Below, one piece after another: positions 49,991-61,500 of a stretch of 64,000 bases of DNA. Position 1 is the stretch's first letter. Each line of letters begins with the position of its first letter. The translations under genes were made by a program, and so were the position numbers. The DNA is from Squalus acanthias. Its lineage: Eukaryota. The stretch covers positions 7,936,001 to 8,000,000 of the forward strand of contig CM059453.1 in NCBI GenBank assembly GCA_030390025.1, given 5' to 3'. The notes below the pieces were generated by a model. The model was not told where the DNA came from. It worked only from the letters and a program-made list of their open reading frames with translations, and made no database searches.

Positions 49991-50752
49991 GGCCTAGAAA
50001 TTCGCGTGACCGGCTTGCCGCGGGGGTAAGGATCGAGCGCGCTCTTACCCACCGCGCCTGCCGTTGTGTTTTGGGCCCACAGGAACTTCGGGTCCCGGGC
50101 CTCTCCCAAGAGCCAGCGCGCAGTGCTTGCGTGTTCCAGGGGTGCAGTTAGTGCGATGCGACCCCTGGGATCACGTGGGCCATGGAGAGCCAATGGCAGC
50201 AGACGATCTTTCATTCATAGATTTGACAGGAGAGCTGTCAAATCTGTGAATTGAAATCGGCCCCAAAAGAACAGCTAAACTTCAAATAAATTAAAAAAAA
50301 ACATCACATTTATAAAATAACTATATTTAAATAAATTAAACACTTTAAACAAAAATTTTAATTTTTGAAAAAGTTAAAATACTTTTTTAAAGTTATAAAA
50401 ATAAACTTACCTTTCATTAAAGTATCTAAAAAAGATAAACCTGTTGAAAAAAAATTAAAATTATCCTTAATTAACTACTTGCCTTGTACAAAAGAGGTCT
50501 TACGCCTCCTTTTTACTAGCGTAGAATCTTCAATACTTACCCTCGCATTGAAAGCTGAAAAAAAATCTAAGTGTGCTGCGTGCGCGCAGCCTCTAGCGCG
50601 CACGCTGTTCACCTAGGAACCGCCCCCTTCACGCGACCGGATGTTCCGGTTTCCCGCGCATGCGCAGTGCATGCAGGAAACCGGCACTTCGGGAATGAAT
50701 ACGGGTGAGTACGGACTGTGTACTCACCCGGGAACGGACGAATTTTTGTGGC
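49991..50752 (+). mobile_element. Same TIR element, complete copy E2
   Basis: GGCCTAGAAATT...AATTTTTGTGGC; flanks AAT/AAC. Confidence 0.8.
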
Positions 50753-50848
50753 AACTGGATCCAAGAGAACAATTGAACCGTGCGCTAGCCAGAGGAGAAA
50801 TTATTCGCAGGCGCTAGCCGAAAACTGGCGTTATCGCATCGCAGGGAA

Positions 50849-53268
50849 TTAAATAGTAAGATGGGCATAGAACAGGCGGCCGTTCCGTTTTGCGCTTCCG
50901 TCCAATACAAATCCCACTCCAACGGTTCTGAAACGGAAGGATACATTGGGAACTGACAAGAACAGACAGTTAGTGAGAAGAAGCATTAGATCTCCCGTGT
51001 ACTGACAGTGTGTCATGGGATTAAATACAGTGGCTACACCGCGCCATCTACTGGCCGTAGCCAGAAACTGCACAATCATCCGAATTCGCCATAATAACTG
51101 GGGGGCAGAAATTCGTCAGTTGTCGGGTGAGTCCGCACTGTGCACTCACCCCTGGACTGAACGAAAGTGCCGGTTTCTTTCATGCACTGCGCATGCGCGG
51201 GAAACCGGCACTTCCGTTCCCCTGAGCAAAGGGGTTTAGAGGTCGAACGGCCACGCCGGAGGGCCAGCGCGTTCGCCTCGCATTTCGGGGTTTTTTTGCA
51301 GGTTCCTCCGTGAAGGTAAGCACGGAGAAGATACACATTGGCCTAGAAATTCGGGTGGCCGGTTTGCCGCGGGGGTAAGGATCGCGCGCGCTCTTACCTA
51401 CCGCGCCTGCCGTTGTGTTTCGGGCCCACAGTAACTTCGGGTCCTGGGCCTTTCCCTAGTGCCGGCGCGCAGTGCTTGCGTGTCCCAGGGGCGCAGTTAG
51501 TGCGATGCGATCCCTGGGATCACGTGGGCCATGGAGAGCCAATGGCAGCAGACCATCTTTCATTCATAGATTTGACAGGATGTCAAATCTGTGAATTGCA
51601 ATCGGCCCCAAAAGAACAGCTAAACCTGAAATAAATTTTAAAAAATCCATCACATTAATAAAATAACTATAGTTAATTAAATTAATCACTTTAAACAAAA
51701 ATTTTAATTTTTGAAAACATTTAAATTCTTTTTAAAAGTGATATGGCCCAAAAATTCGGCCGAATACGGGAGAGTACCCGCTGCGTGCTCAATCGTATTC
51801 GTTCCCGAAGTGCCGGTTTCCTGCATGCACTGCTCATGCACAGGAAACCGGCACTTCCGGTATGGTGTGTGGGGCGGTTCCTAGGTGAACCGCGTGCGCA
51901 CTAAAGGCTACGCGCACGCAGCACACATAAGTTTGTTTTCAGGTTTCAATGCGAGGGTAAGTATGGAAGATTCTACACAAGTAAAAAGGAGGCATAAGAC
52001 CCCTTTTGAACAAGGTAAGTAGTTAATTAAGTATAATTTAAAATTTTTTAACAGAATTATCTTTTTTAGAGATTTTAAAGAAAGGTAAGTTTATGGCCCA
52101 GAAATTGAAGTTCGATGGTTGCCGCGGGGGTAAGGATCCCCCGCGATATCGCACTCCGCGCCTGCCTTTATAGTTTTGGCCCACACGAACTTCAGTTCCT
52201 GGGCCTCTCCCTGGTGCCGGCGCGCAGTGTGTGCGTGTCCCAGAGGCGCAGTTACTGCGATGCGACCTCTGGGATCACGTGGGCCAGTTAGAGCCAATGG
52301 CAGCACACCATCTTTCATTCATAGTTTTGACAGGAAGAGCTGTCAAAATTATGAATACAACAAGCCCCCAAAAGAACAGCTAAACCTCAGTTAAACTTTA
52401 AAAAAGCCATCACATTAATAAAATAACTATAGTTAAATAAATTAACCACTTTAAACAAAAATTTAAATTTTTGAAAAAATTTAAATACTTTTTAAAAGTT
52501 ATAAAAATAAACTTACCTTTCTTTAAAGTCTCTAAAAAAGATAAACCTGTTGAAAAAAATTTAAAATAATACTTAATTAAATACTTACCTTGTTAAAAGG
52601 GGGTTTTACGACTGCTTTCTTCATGTGTAAAATCTTCAACACTTACCTGCGCGTTCAAACCTGAAAAAAAAACGAAGTGTGCTGCGTGCGCGCAACCTAT
52701 AGCGCGCACACGGTTCACTGAGGAACCGCCCCCTTCGCAATATACGAAGTGCCGGTTTCCCGCGCATGCGCAGTGCATGCAGGAAACCGCCACTTCGGGA
52801 CCTAATACGCGAGAGTACACAGTGCGTAATCTCCCGTATTAGGTCTAATTTTTGTGCCTATGTGTTTAGAATTTTAACCGCAAGAGATAATATAGTCGGG
52901 GAGTATTCATTAGTCTGGTTAATGTGTATAATGACATTGGGAAGCTTTTATTTAGAACGACTCATTTCAAAATAAGTCCAGACCAGAGAAAATGTTCATG
53001 ATGCCATTTACCCGATCATTGCACACAATGGCCACTGCAACATTTCCCTGTTCCTGAGGTGAGGAGGCCATTCCACCCTTTAAGAACACCGTCAAACCAG
53101 TTCCTATTACATCTGTTTAACTTTGGATGTGCCTGTAATGTGATCCCAGACAATGATCTAAACATTCCATCTCCTCACTTACCTTAGTTCAGTGGGTTGT
53201 GCAACACACAGTTAATCACTGCACCCTTGTCTGTAGGAGAGACCCCAACAGGGACATTTACCTTCTTC
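50849..53268 (-). pseudogene. Cytoplasmic exons of an older Siglec-like paralog (53183-53268 and 50849-50952)
   Basis: tttcag|G AAG AAG...|gtaagt gives (R)KKVNVPVGVSPTDKGAVINCVLHNPLN*; the next exon has a CTAAC branch point and in-phase ITIM LFYAHL; ~53870-54030 is homologous to the post-TM intron of copy B (~38715-38880). Confidence 0.55.
51102..52858. mobile_element. Nest of four abutting TIR elements: E3 51102-51339 (-, partial, related subfamily), E4 51340-51744 (+, left half), E5 51745-52094 (-, right half), E6 52095-52858 (+, complete)
   Basis: Each junction starts with a GG(C/G)(C/G)(C/T)A(G/A)AAATT terminus; E6 is flanked TAT/TAT. Confidence 0.85.
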
Positions 53269-54037
53269 CTGAAACAGAAAATACAAATGATTCACGACTC
53301 CTAATTACAGATAATTCGCTTCAGTACACCGCCCAGTGTCCCTTTGTTGAACAACAGGGGGCGCACTATACTAAATCGTTCTTGTTACTGTTTCCTGATT
53401 GGCTGCGACCAGATTAAATTCCCGTTTCTTTTCTATCTCTACACTTTCCTAATTCCAAAGCAAGCATTCTCTCTATCTGATGAAGCTGGTTATATCTATC
53501 TTGACCTGTTTGACAAATTCAGTGTTCACTAAACATTTTATGGATGGTAAGCGAGCGGCGTCTACTGGTGCAGAATAACCATAGCAATTTCCGCCAAGTC
53601 TTAAAAATGCACCGGAATTTGCCCTTTCGTGTCCAGCAATGGTTCTGTGGAGCATTTTATGACCTCCTGAGTCATGAGGTCTTCCGCCAATATGGCCACG
53701 GGAGCTTTGAGCTGCCAAACCGTGTTCAGCTTAAATTGTCTGGTATGAAATACGGCGCCTCCGCTCAAGTGACAGGCTAGATTCTCCACCCAAGTTCTGC
53801 ACTGGCCCTTGATCTACAATCTTTGAACTAGGAAGTGAAAGACCAGACATGGGACGCTGAACTTCTGACATTCCCCTACTTTCCCCTCACAAGACACTTG
53901 AACTCCAGCAAGCATTCCCTTGTCAACTATTAGCTGAGATTCAGGGTCAATGATATCTGGGGTTAATTACATTAAGCAATATTTGCTCATGGGCGGAAAT
54001 CCTAAAGTCACGTCCTTTTGAAATCTGTCTTATTAAA

Positions 54038-54575
54038 GCACGAGTAAGCGTTCTCCAAGGAGAACTTAGGAACACACGACAACGCAAAATCATCGAGCAG
54101 AAACTGATAGCCAAGTTCCGCAGTCATGAAGACGGTCTCAACCGGGATCTTGGGTTTATGTCACGATACATGACGTGATCCGGACTCGAGTCATCGTTGG
54201 ATTGTTCACAGATGTGATTCCCAGTAAAAAAGTCAAAATTTTAAAGATTATCGTTTTACATACAGACGGCAGCTTTTGGCACGTTAGACCCCCTGCGACT
54301 CCACCTCATTGTCTCAGTTGTATCTTGCTATGTCTTTGATGTGGGACCTTCCTGGCTGACCTGATTAACTTTATCACACCTCGGCAGATAAACAGTCAGG
54401 ATGATTTAATTTAGTTGTCTGCAATTGTAAAGTACACATGCATTGTTCTCTATCTATATATGCATTGGCGATTCTGCATCTCTTTACTTCACCCGACGAA
54501 GGAGTAGTAAGCTCCGAAAGCTTGTGATTTCAAATAAAACTGTTGGACTATAACCTGGTGTTGTGCGACCTCTCA
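54038..54575 (+). mobile_element. Penelope-like element fragment (different family)
   Basis: QRKIIEQKLIAKFRSHEDGLNRDLGFMS GIY-YIG end; CCGACGA-AGGAG..CTCC-GAAA hammerhead-like motif then AATAAA. Confidence 0.75.
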
Positions 54576-54718
54576 ATATTATTCAATGGACCAGTCCTGC
54601 CGCTGTAGCCTGTGACATGGGCCAAGAGTAACACGATAACTGTCCATTTTAGGCTAAAATTAAATGGCACTGGCGAGATGGAATATAAACTGCAAAAGGA
54701 ACAAATCAAAAAACTTAC

Positions 54719-55536
54719 CTAAAATAGAAAGAGTGACCTTAGATTCGGTAGAATATCCTTCTATCTTATTCTGGGCATTGCTGATGTTCAATTTGAAATA
54801 ATAAACACCTTCATCGATATTCCTGATGTCCTTTAATCGTAAGGAACATTGTTTCTTTTCAAAGTCGCCGGTGAACTGAGCTCGCCCTCTATAGTTCAAG
54901 GCCACATTGTCTGAATTCCGGGAATCATAGATAATCGACACCCCTGAGGTTCCAGGATCAGGTCCCCCCTTTAACCACATACCCTGTGGACTGCGGCCAT
55001 AGGCGGGATAATCAAATGTACACGGGATCTCTGCACATGACCCGCTCACCGCCGACACATTCCACGGCACCTTCACAGACCATCGTGAACTATGGACAAC
55101 TGGTGAAAAAATAGAAATTAAAAACTCATTGAAATCCGCAATAATATCGCAATTAAAACATACCTTGACCGTCAAGTTAAATACTATTCATTTAACCTTT
55201 AAACATCCACTAACATATTCATTATTACATCCATTAAAACTGGTGAAAGTTTCATTAAAACTTTTCAGATGCCATTAGTTATTCAATTGAAAGTCTATAA
55301 ATCATAGAGTAAATATTAAATCAATCTTATAAAATACAAGATAAAGTTTCCAATGAAATATACATTAAATGGGCAAATCGGGAATTTGTAAATTACAAAC
55401 TAAACATGTACCATCTCCCCAAACAATGAACGTGTTAATTTCCCACACGATGGAAATCGCTTCTGACATTAATTATTAAAATGAATATTTTACCTTCGCT
55501 AAATATCAGAATGGACATCAATCTAATACTCTTCAT
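54719..55536 (-). pseudogene. Siglec-like copy C: intact leader (55494-55536) and intact V exon (54719-55099), truncated downstream
   Basis: MKSIRLMSILIFSE|VVHSSRW...DEGVYYFKLN...TLSIL, open frame and canonical splice sites; homology to copy B stops at ~54585. Confidence 0.85.
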
Positions 55537-58500
55537 GACTGGAGGCGGTTGACGATGTCAAAATGACGGAAATTATTTTTATCTCAGATATAATTAATCA
55601 AGTTTCTAGATTCCGTTCGCCGGTAATAGACTGGAGTTCATAGCGCATCGAATCAGAGTATTAGGAGGTCAGCTGTTCGCCACCCACCAATCATTGGGAG
55701 CCGCGGTTGCTCAGACAGCTTGCGCCACTCCTCAAATGTTGGCGAGGAAAACTGCTGGAAATATGGGCCACTTCGAGTATGACAGTGTGCATCAGTGATT
55801 GACCCTCAGTTACAGGATATGATGAGGCCTAGCTACTTCTGATTAACTCTGAGCAGAGATGAACCCAGCCCCCTCATCATCTGCACTGTTACAGGACAGG
55901 CGGTGACACTTTATATTGCAATATCTAAAATCGCCTCTCCACCAGCTTTTGAAGCCCCGACTCACAACTCCCACACACTGAGCTATTTATCAGCCCTTGA
56001 ACTGTGAGTGCTGAAGTGTGAAGCTGTGATTAGTCCTGTAGCCGTTGTCTGCAGACGTGTGGGTTGATCACCTTCAGTAGTTCGGGGACACAACACCTAA
56101 CTGAAATGTCAAAAGACACACAGGAGTTTATCAGTAAATAGTTTCAAGTGGCTAAAGTGCCATTTATAGAAGTGACGTCAATTGTTTATACTGACACTGC
56201 AGCGAGATGAAATCTGCTGAAATTAACTCATTGAGATCCGAGTTGCTACAATGACGGGTTTATGAAGTTTCTGACTTCAGTGCTAGAACTGTGAGGTGTG
56301 ACGTGAGCTTTCAGATAGGAGTGTCAATGTTGCTGGAATTAACGCGGATATTTTTATCTACGGGAATAAATGCCTGCAAATTGATCAGTGGGATCAAATC
56401 CTGGATCTAAACGGGAGCCTCATTCGAACACAGTCCAGCTTCAAACTGGGCGCATTTGGAATCAGATTATGAAGCAGAATTACTTCAGATTAGTTGCAAG
56501 ATAAGAGGACCGTATCACTGCTGCCATGCAGGGGTTAGTGATCAATCACTACCTTACCTTATAGATCGCAGTAAAGCACCTCAGATGAGCCTCGTGCAGT
56601 TTGTTCAACTCACTCTTTCCCATTTTCACAATTCTAAATCTGAAATCCGTTATATTTTCTGAGCAAATTGCTTATTTTTCTGCAGCTCTCCCATTACAAT
56701 GTGTTGAGCGTTCTATTCCTACTAATTGGACGTCTCCACACAGGAAAGATATTTAATTCTCCTGGTTTTTCCAACGCACACAATGAGAGGGGCTCTGCAG
56801 CCGCGACAGATAAATCAGGGCTCCTGAACATCCCGGGCAACCAAAGCCTTGTAGAAAACCCGGAACTGTTGAAACAGTGCCTTCTCGGGAGCGCCTCGTG
56901 GTTATTCCACTCCCTCAAGGATATTAAATAAGTGAATACGTGTCAGTGAGAGTGAATTGCACATGGTCACTTTGCAGCATCCACGCGACCAATAGTCATT
57001 CACCCGTCCAATTCTCCTTAAAATCGGTCCTGACACTAATTGTGGGGTATGTAGAACGGTTGCTGTATTTGGGGTGTGCAGACGAAAGGATTGTGCATCG
57101 GCAGGTTAATAATTAAATCAATACACAGAAAAGGATATAGATTCACTGGCAAAGCTACAAAACAGATTTTCAAGTATTATACCAGAAATAAGAGTTTATA
57201 AACAGGAGGAAAGATTGAACGGTCTGGGGCGCTTTGCTCTAGAAAAGAGAAGGCTGACAGGTGTCCTAATAGAGGCCTTTAAAATTATGAAGGTGTTCGA
57301 TAGGGTTGACGTAGAGGAGATGTTTCCATTCGTAGGGAGATCAAAACTCGAGTTCCTCGATATAAGTTAGTCACTGAGAAATACAAGAAGGAATTCAGGA
57401 AAAACTGTTTTACCGAGCGAGTGATTGGAAGGTGGAACTTGCTAGCACAAGGAATAGTTCAGGCGAATATCATAGATGCATTTACTGGTCTGCTAGATAA
57501 GTATATGAGTGGGAAAGCAATGGAAAGTTATGTTGATAGAGTTAGATGAAGAGGGGTGGGAGAAGGCTCAGACCAGTTGGGCCTAATGGACTGTTTCTAA
57601 GCTGCAAATTCGATGTAATTAACTCATCGCATTCAGCGAATTGTTTCCCTTCCTCAGAGCTATACATGGTGTCTCAAAGAAATTCCTCGCACCTCCCTCC
57701 TCCTCCAACTACATACCCCCTCCTCTGCCGCAATGTTCCTACTGGTGTCTCGGGAATAATCTCCCACCCCCCAGCCCTCCGCCCAACCTACCTCAAACAC
57801 CACCTGTGATATTCCATATTGCCACTGATTTCCTTCACACTGTATTAATAATCTGCATTACCTATTTCTTGTCATGTATTTATTATCTCCTTGAAGGTAT
57901 TCTATGTGCTTTTAGCTGGTTTTCTTAAGCACGATCCTGTTGTTGAGTTAAGCAGTTCCCTTCAATCCCTTGATGCCACTGACTATATCAAATTATTTCC
58001 TACTTAGTTACTCTCACAGTTCTTGCTGCAACTGGTCACTTCCTCGTACCACCTGTTGTTGTAACTATTAAATAGAGTTATTACACATTTACAGTAAATA
58101 TTCGGCCACTATTTACTGTGTGAATCTCGGATTCTTAAGATCAAAGGTTCAAGATATATGTGAAGTCCCTGCTCAGTCTTCTTGTTTTCTAGAGCAGAGA
58201 GAGACAGAGAGAAAGTGTGTGAGAGAGAATATGACAGAGAAAAAGGGGAATAGGGAATGCGTGGTAAGATCCATGTCATAATCTGGATTTACAGGCTAGT
58301 TGACGGATGTGTGTTCAGACCCAGGTCTCAGCTTGGCTTTACAGACTTGTTTAGGGATGTGTGTTCAGACCCAGGTCCCAACTCTGCTCTTACTGATATA
58401 CACAGCCTGGGTGTATTAGGTTGAATTATAGTAAAGGCTGGGGTTTTACCAAAGGGGTCTCGATGCGACATTTCATTCAAATCATTCTGTTTGATGCTTG

Positions 58501-61500
58501 GAACACACAGTTACTTTATGGAAATCAACGTGCTTTTTAAATTGAATTGGGACATGGCAATCTGTTAGACTGTGATGGCAAATAGTTTATTGGTGGTTTT
58601 TGCACTGAATTTCAGGAAACCGTACTGACCCGCCTCTCCAACATTCCTGTTCTGAGGTTTATCAGTAGAATCATAGAATAATACAACACAGAAGGTAATT
58701 ATTTACCCTATCGTGCCTGTGCCGGCTCTTTTAAAGAGCTATCCAATTGGTCCCACTGCCATGCTGTTTCTCCACAGCCCTGCAAAAGCCAAATAAATAT
58801 ACACTAAAAAGCAAGTGAATGCCTAATAAAAACTCTTCAAATATACATTAAAATATTTATCAAAATATATCTATAATAAACATTCAATGGATTTCTCAAT
58901 AACTATGAATTAAAATGTTATTAAATGTGCTGTATTGTAAGATTTTAACGATCACCGAGTTCTTGGACAAGACACCAATAGGCAGCAGCCAGTATGTTTG
59001 AGCAATAGATCAAGATTTTTTAAGTATACAGCGTAATATACTTAATATTAGGCGATAGTTTTAGCGAGTCGCTCGCAGCCCTAGGTCTCTGGAACCTCTC
59101 GGACACAGATGATGTCGTCTTAAGACTGTTCCTTTGTCCTCGCCTTTCCAGTATTTTTCCACCAACTTTACCATTTTCAGTGTTATATTGTTTATAGTTT
59201 TTCACCCCATTGGAATTTACTTTATCTCTTTGATTTCTAGCTTCAAGCCGTACAAGGCCTTTCTATACCAAGAGCCCATATCAGCGCTGTTTCACTAGTT
59301 TTGAGGAATCCAGACTATCTCAAGTTTAATCTAACAGATAAATACTTTATCTCCATGATTTCTCTCATATTATGTCCTTATACTAATTATTTTTTAAATA
59401 TCGTTGCAATTAGTTTTGCTAAGCGAATTCTAATTTCTACTTAGCATCATAATATGTGAGTTAATGATTTACCCTTCACTAACAGCCTGTGACTGTTTGT
59501 TATCAAAGCTTAGTCAAAACTGCTTTTGACTGTCCTCGCAGCTGCATTTTGAACAAGTCTTAGCTTTCTTAGTTACTCAGGAATAATTATGGGTAATATT
59601 ATTTCGTCAATGGCTACACTTGAAGTTATACATATATGATTCTCGTCTATTAAATATCTTTAAATATCAGCCTTTCGTACAAGTCCCCACCTCGAGGATG
59701 AAATGTTTTAAACATTGATTCCTCGAATACTTCAATCTATTCTCTGCATGGCGTTGCTGCAAATTGGAGTCCTCTAATTGTGGGGAAAGGAGCGCTTCTC
59801 AAATGAGGCTTTATCCCCCTTTTCATTATAGGCCTGAGTGCTAACTATAGCACTCACAGGGACCGACCGCCTATCGTCATGGATGGAGGACACCCCGGGA
59901 TCTCCCCAACCATCATGTCGGCCGTGCTGATATGTCTTGCCTTCTAGTGCGTCCCAGTCTATCCTTTCTCCTCCGCCTGCTGCTCCTGTTGCTGCATCAT
60001 AGGATCTGGCAGTAACGGCCCTGATCTGATCCCTTACTTAAATTCACTTCCCGTTTCCGGTGTTCCAATTCTGCCCCGCCTGGGGTATCCTCTGGTTCTT
60101 CTATCTTTCTTGATGTTACCCTGCCTGGGTTATCCTCTACGTTGCTTCGGATCTTCTCTTTCGGTGTGCTCAATTAATTTGTTGGTGCTGGTTAATCATA
60201 GGCATGAGTATACAATTGGCTTATGTATCAAAGTCTTACTACACAGGTTACATATATCAAAGACACTATCATTTCAAGTTGGAGAACTACCAGAGCATGT
60301 GAAATAATACAAACCTAAGGGCGTGCTGATATATCAAGCCCAATATCCCACCAGTGTGAGTTGTCCTCTATGCTGTCAATTTCAATATCCATTCTCGAGT
60401 TGTCTTTCTCCAAAACATAAAAATGCTTTAGGGAGGAGTTCAGTTGCATCATGAGCTCACTGAATCCCTCAGACAGCAGGGGAATGTCGTATCCGAATTG
60501 TGCCACATAATTGTGCAGCTCATACTTAAGTATCACATTTACTGTCAGTTTCACTTGAGCATAGGTTTTGATATTGATTAAAACGTGTTGATTGATGGGA
60601 CAGGTCCTGTTAGACCCGTAAAGCATGGTAGTTGCGGTAGTAGTGACACAGGAGGCACCAGCAAAACCACCTCACACTGGATTCGTACTGGTTTTTCCCA
60701 AGCTCTGTTACCTACAAAACACAATTATTACAGTCACAGTTAAATTCAGTCTTACAATCATTTCAAGCGACATTACAGTTTAACAGCTAATCAACAAATT
60801 ATGGACTTAAAAGATTCTCCAGATTTCTCTTTTACTCATATCCATCTTGTGGATTATTCTAACTAAACATGATTTCTCCTTAGCCCTCAATTGTCCCAAT
60901 CCAGATTCCATGTAACTGTCCACTTCAACTTCAATTTCAATCCCTCGAACAGGTACCAGTGTATTTAACTGTATTCTGATTGTTTCATTAATTAGACAGT
61001 TTCTCGATGGAGTATGTGTCAATGCTTTAAAGGTTGTCTCGCTCTCCTGAACCACATTAACCATTTCATGTTTTGCTGTTGTCAAGTAACTGAGCAGACT
61101 GAGACCCGTTCTTCAGTGCACAATCAACATACATTCCCGGATGGTAATTGCTTCATACGTAACAAATCACATTCGCACACTCATATCGGTATCCCCATAT
61201 TATGCCACACGTGCCATCCGATACAAGCCTTTCTCGGACTTTCAGGTGATCTTATCAAAAGATTGTCTGGAGGTCTTTGTTCATCTTCCATCGCATGGTC
61301 CCGGTGTCTTATGTAGTGGCCAGGCTATCAAATTCAGTTTTCTTAAAAAGTTCATTATAGGCAGGGACACAAATGTCTCCAAGAGAAAGCTATCAAATTA
61401 CTATTCTTAACTACACTTTCCTGACTTTCACTAGAAAGTTTGGAAAATTCTCAATTGGTGGTGTAATTCTCCTGTTTCTATCTCACACCCTCAATCACTT

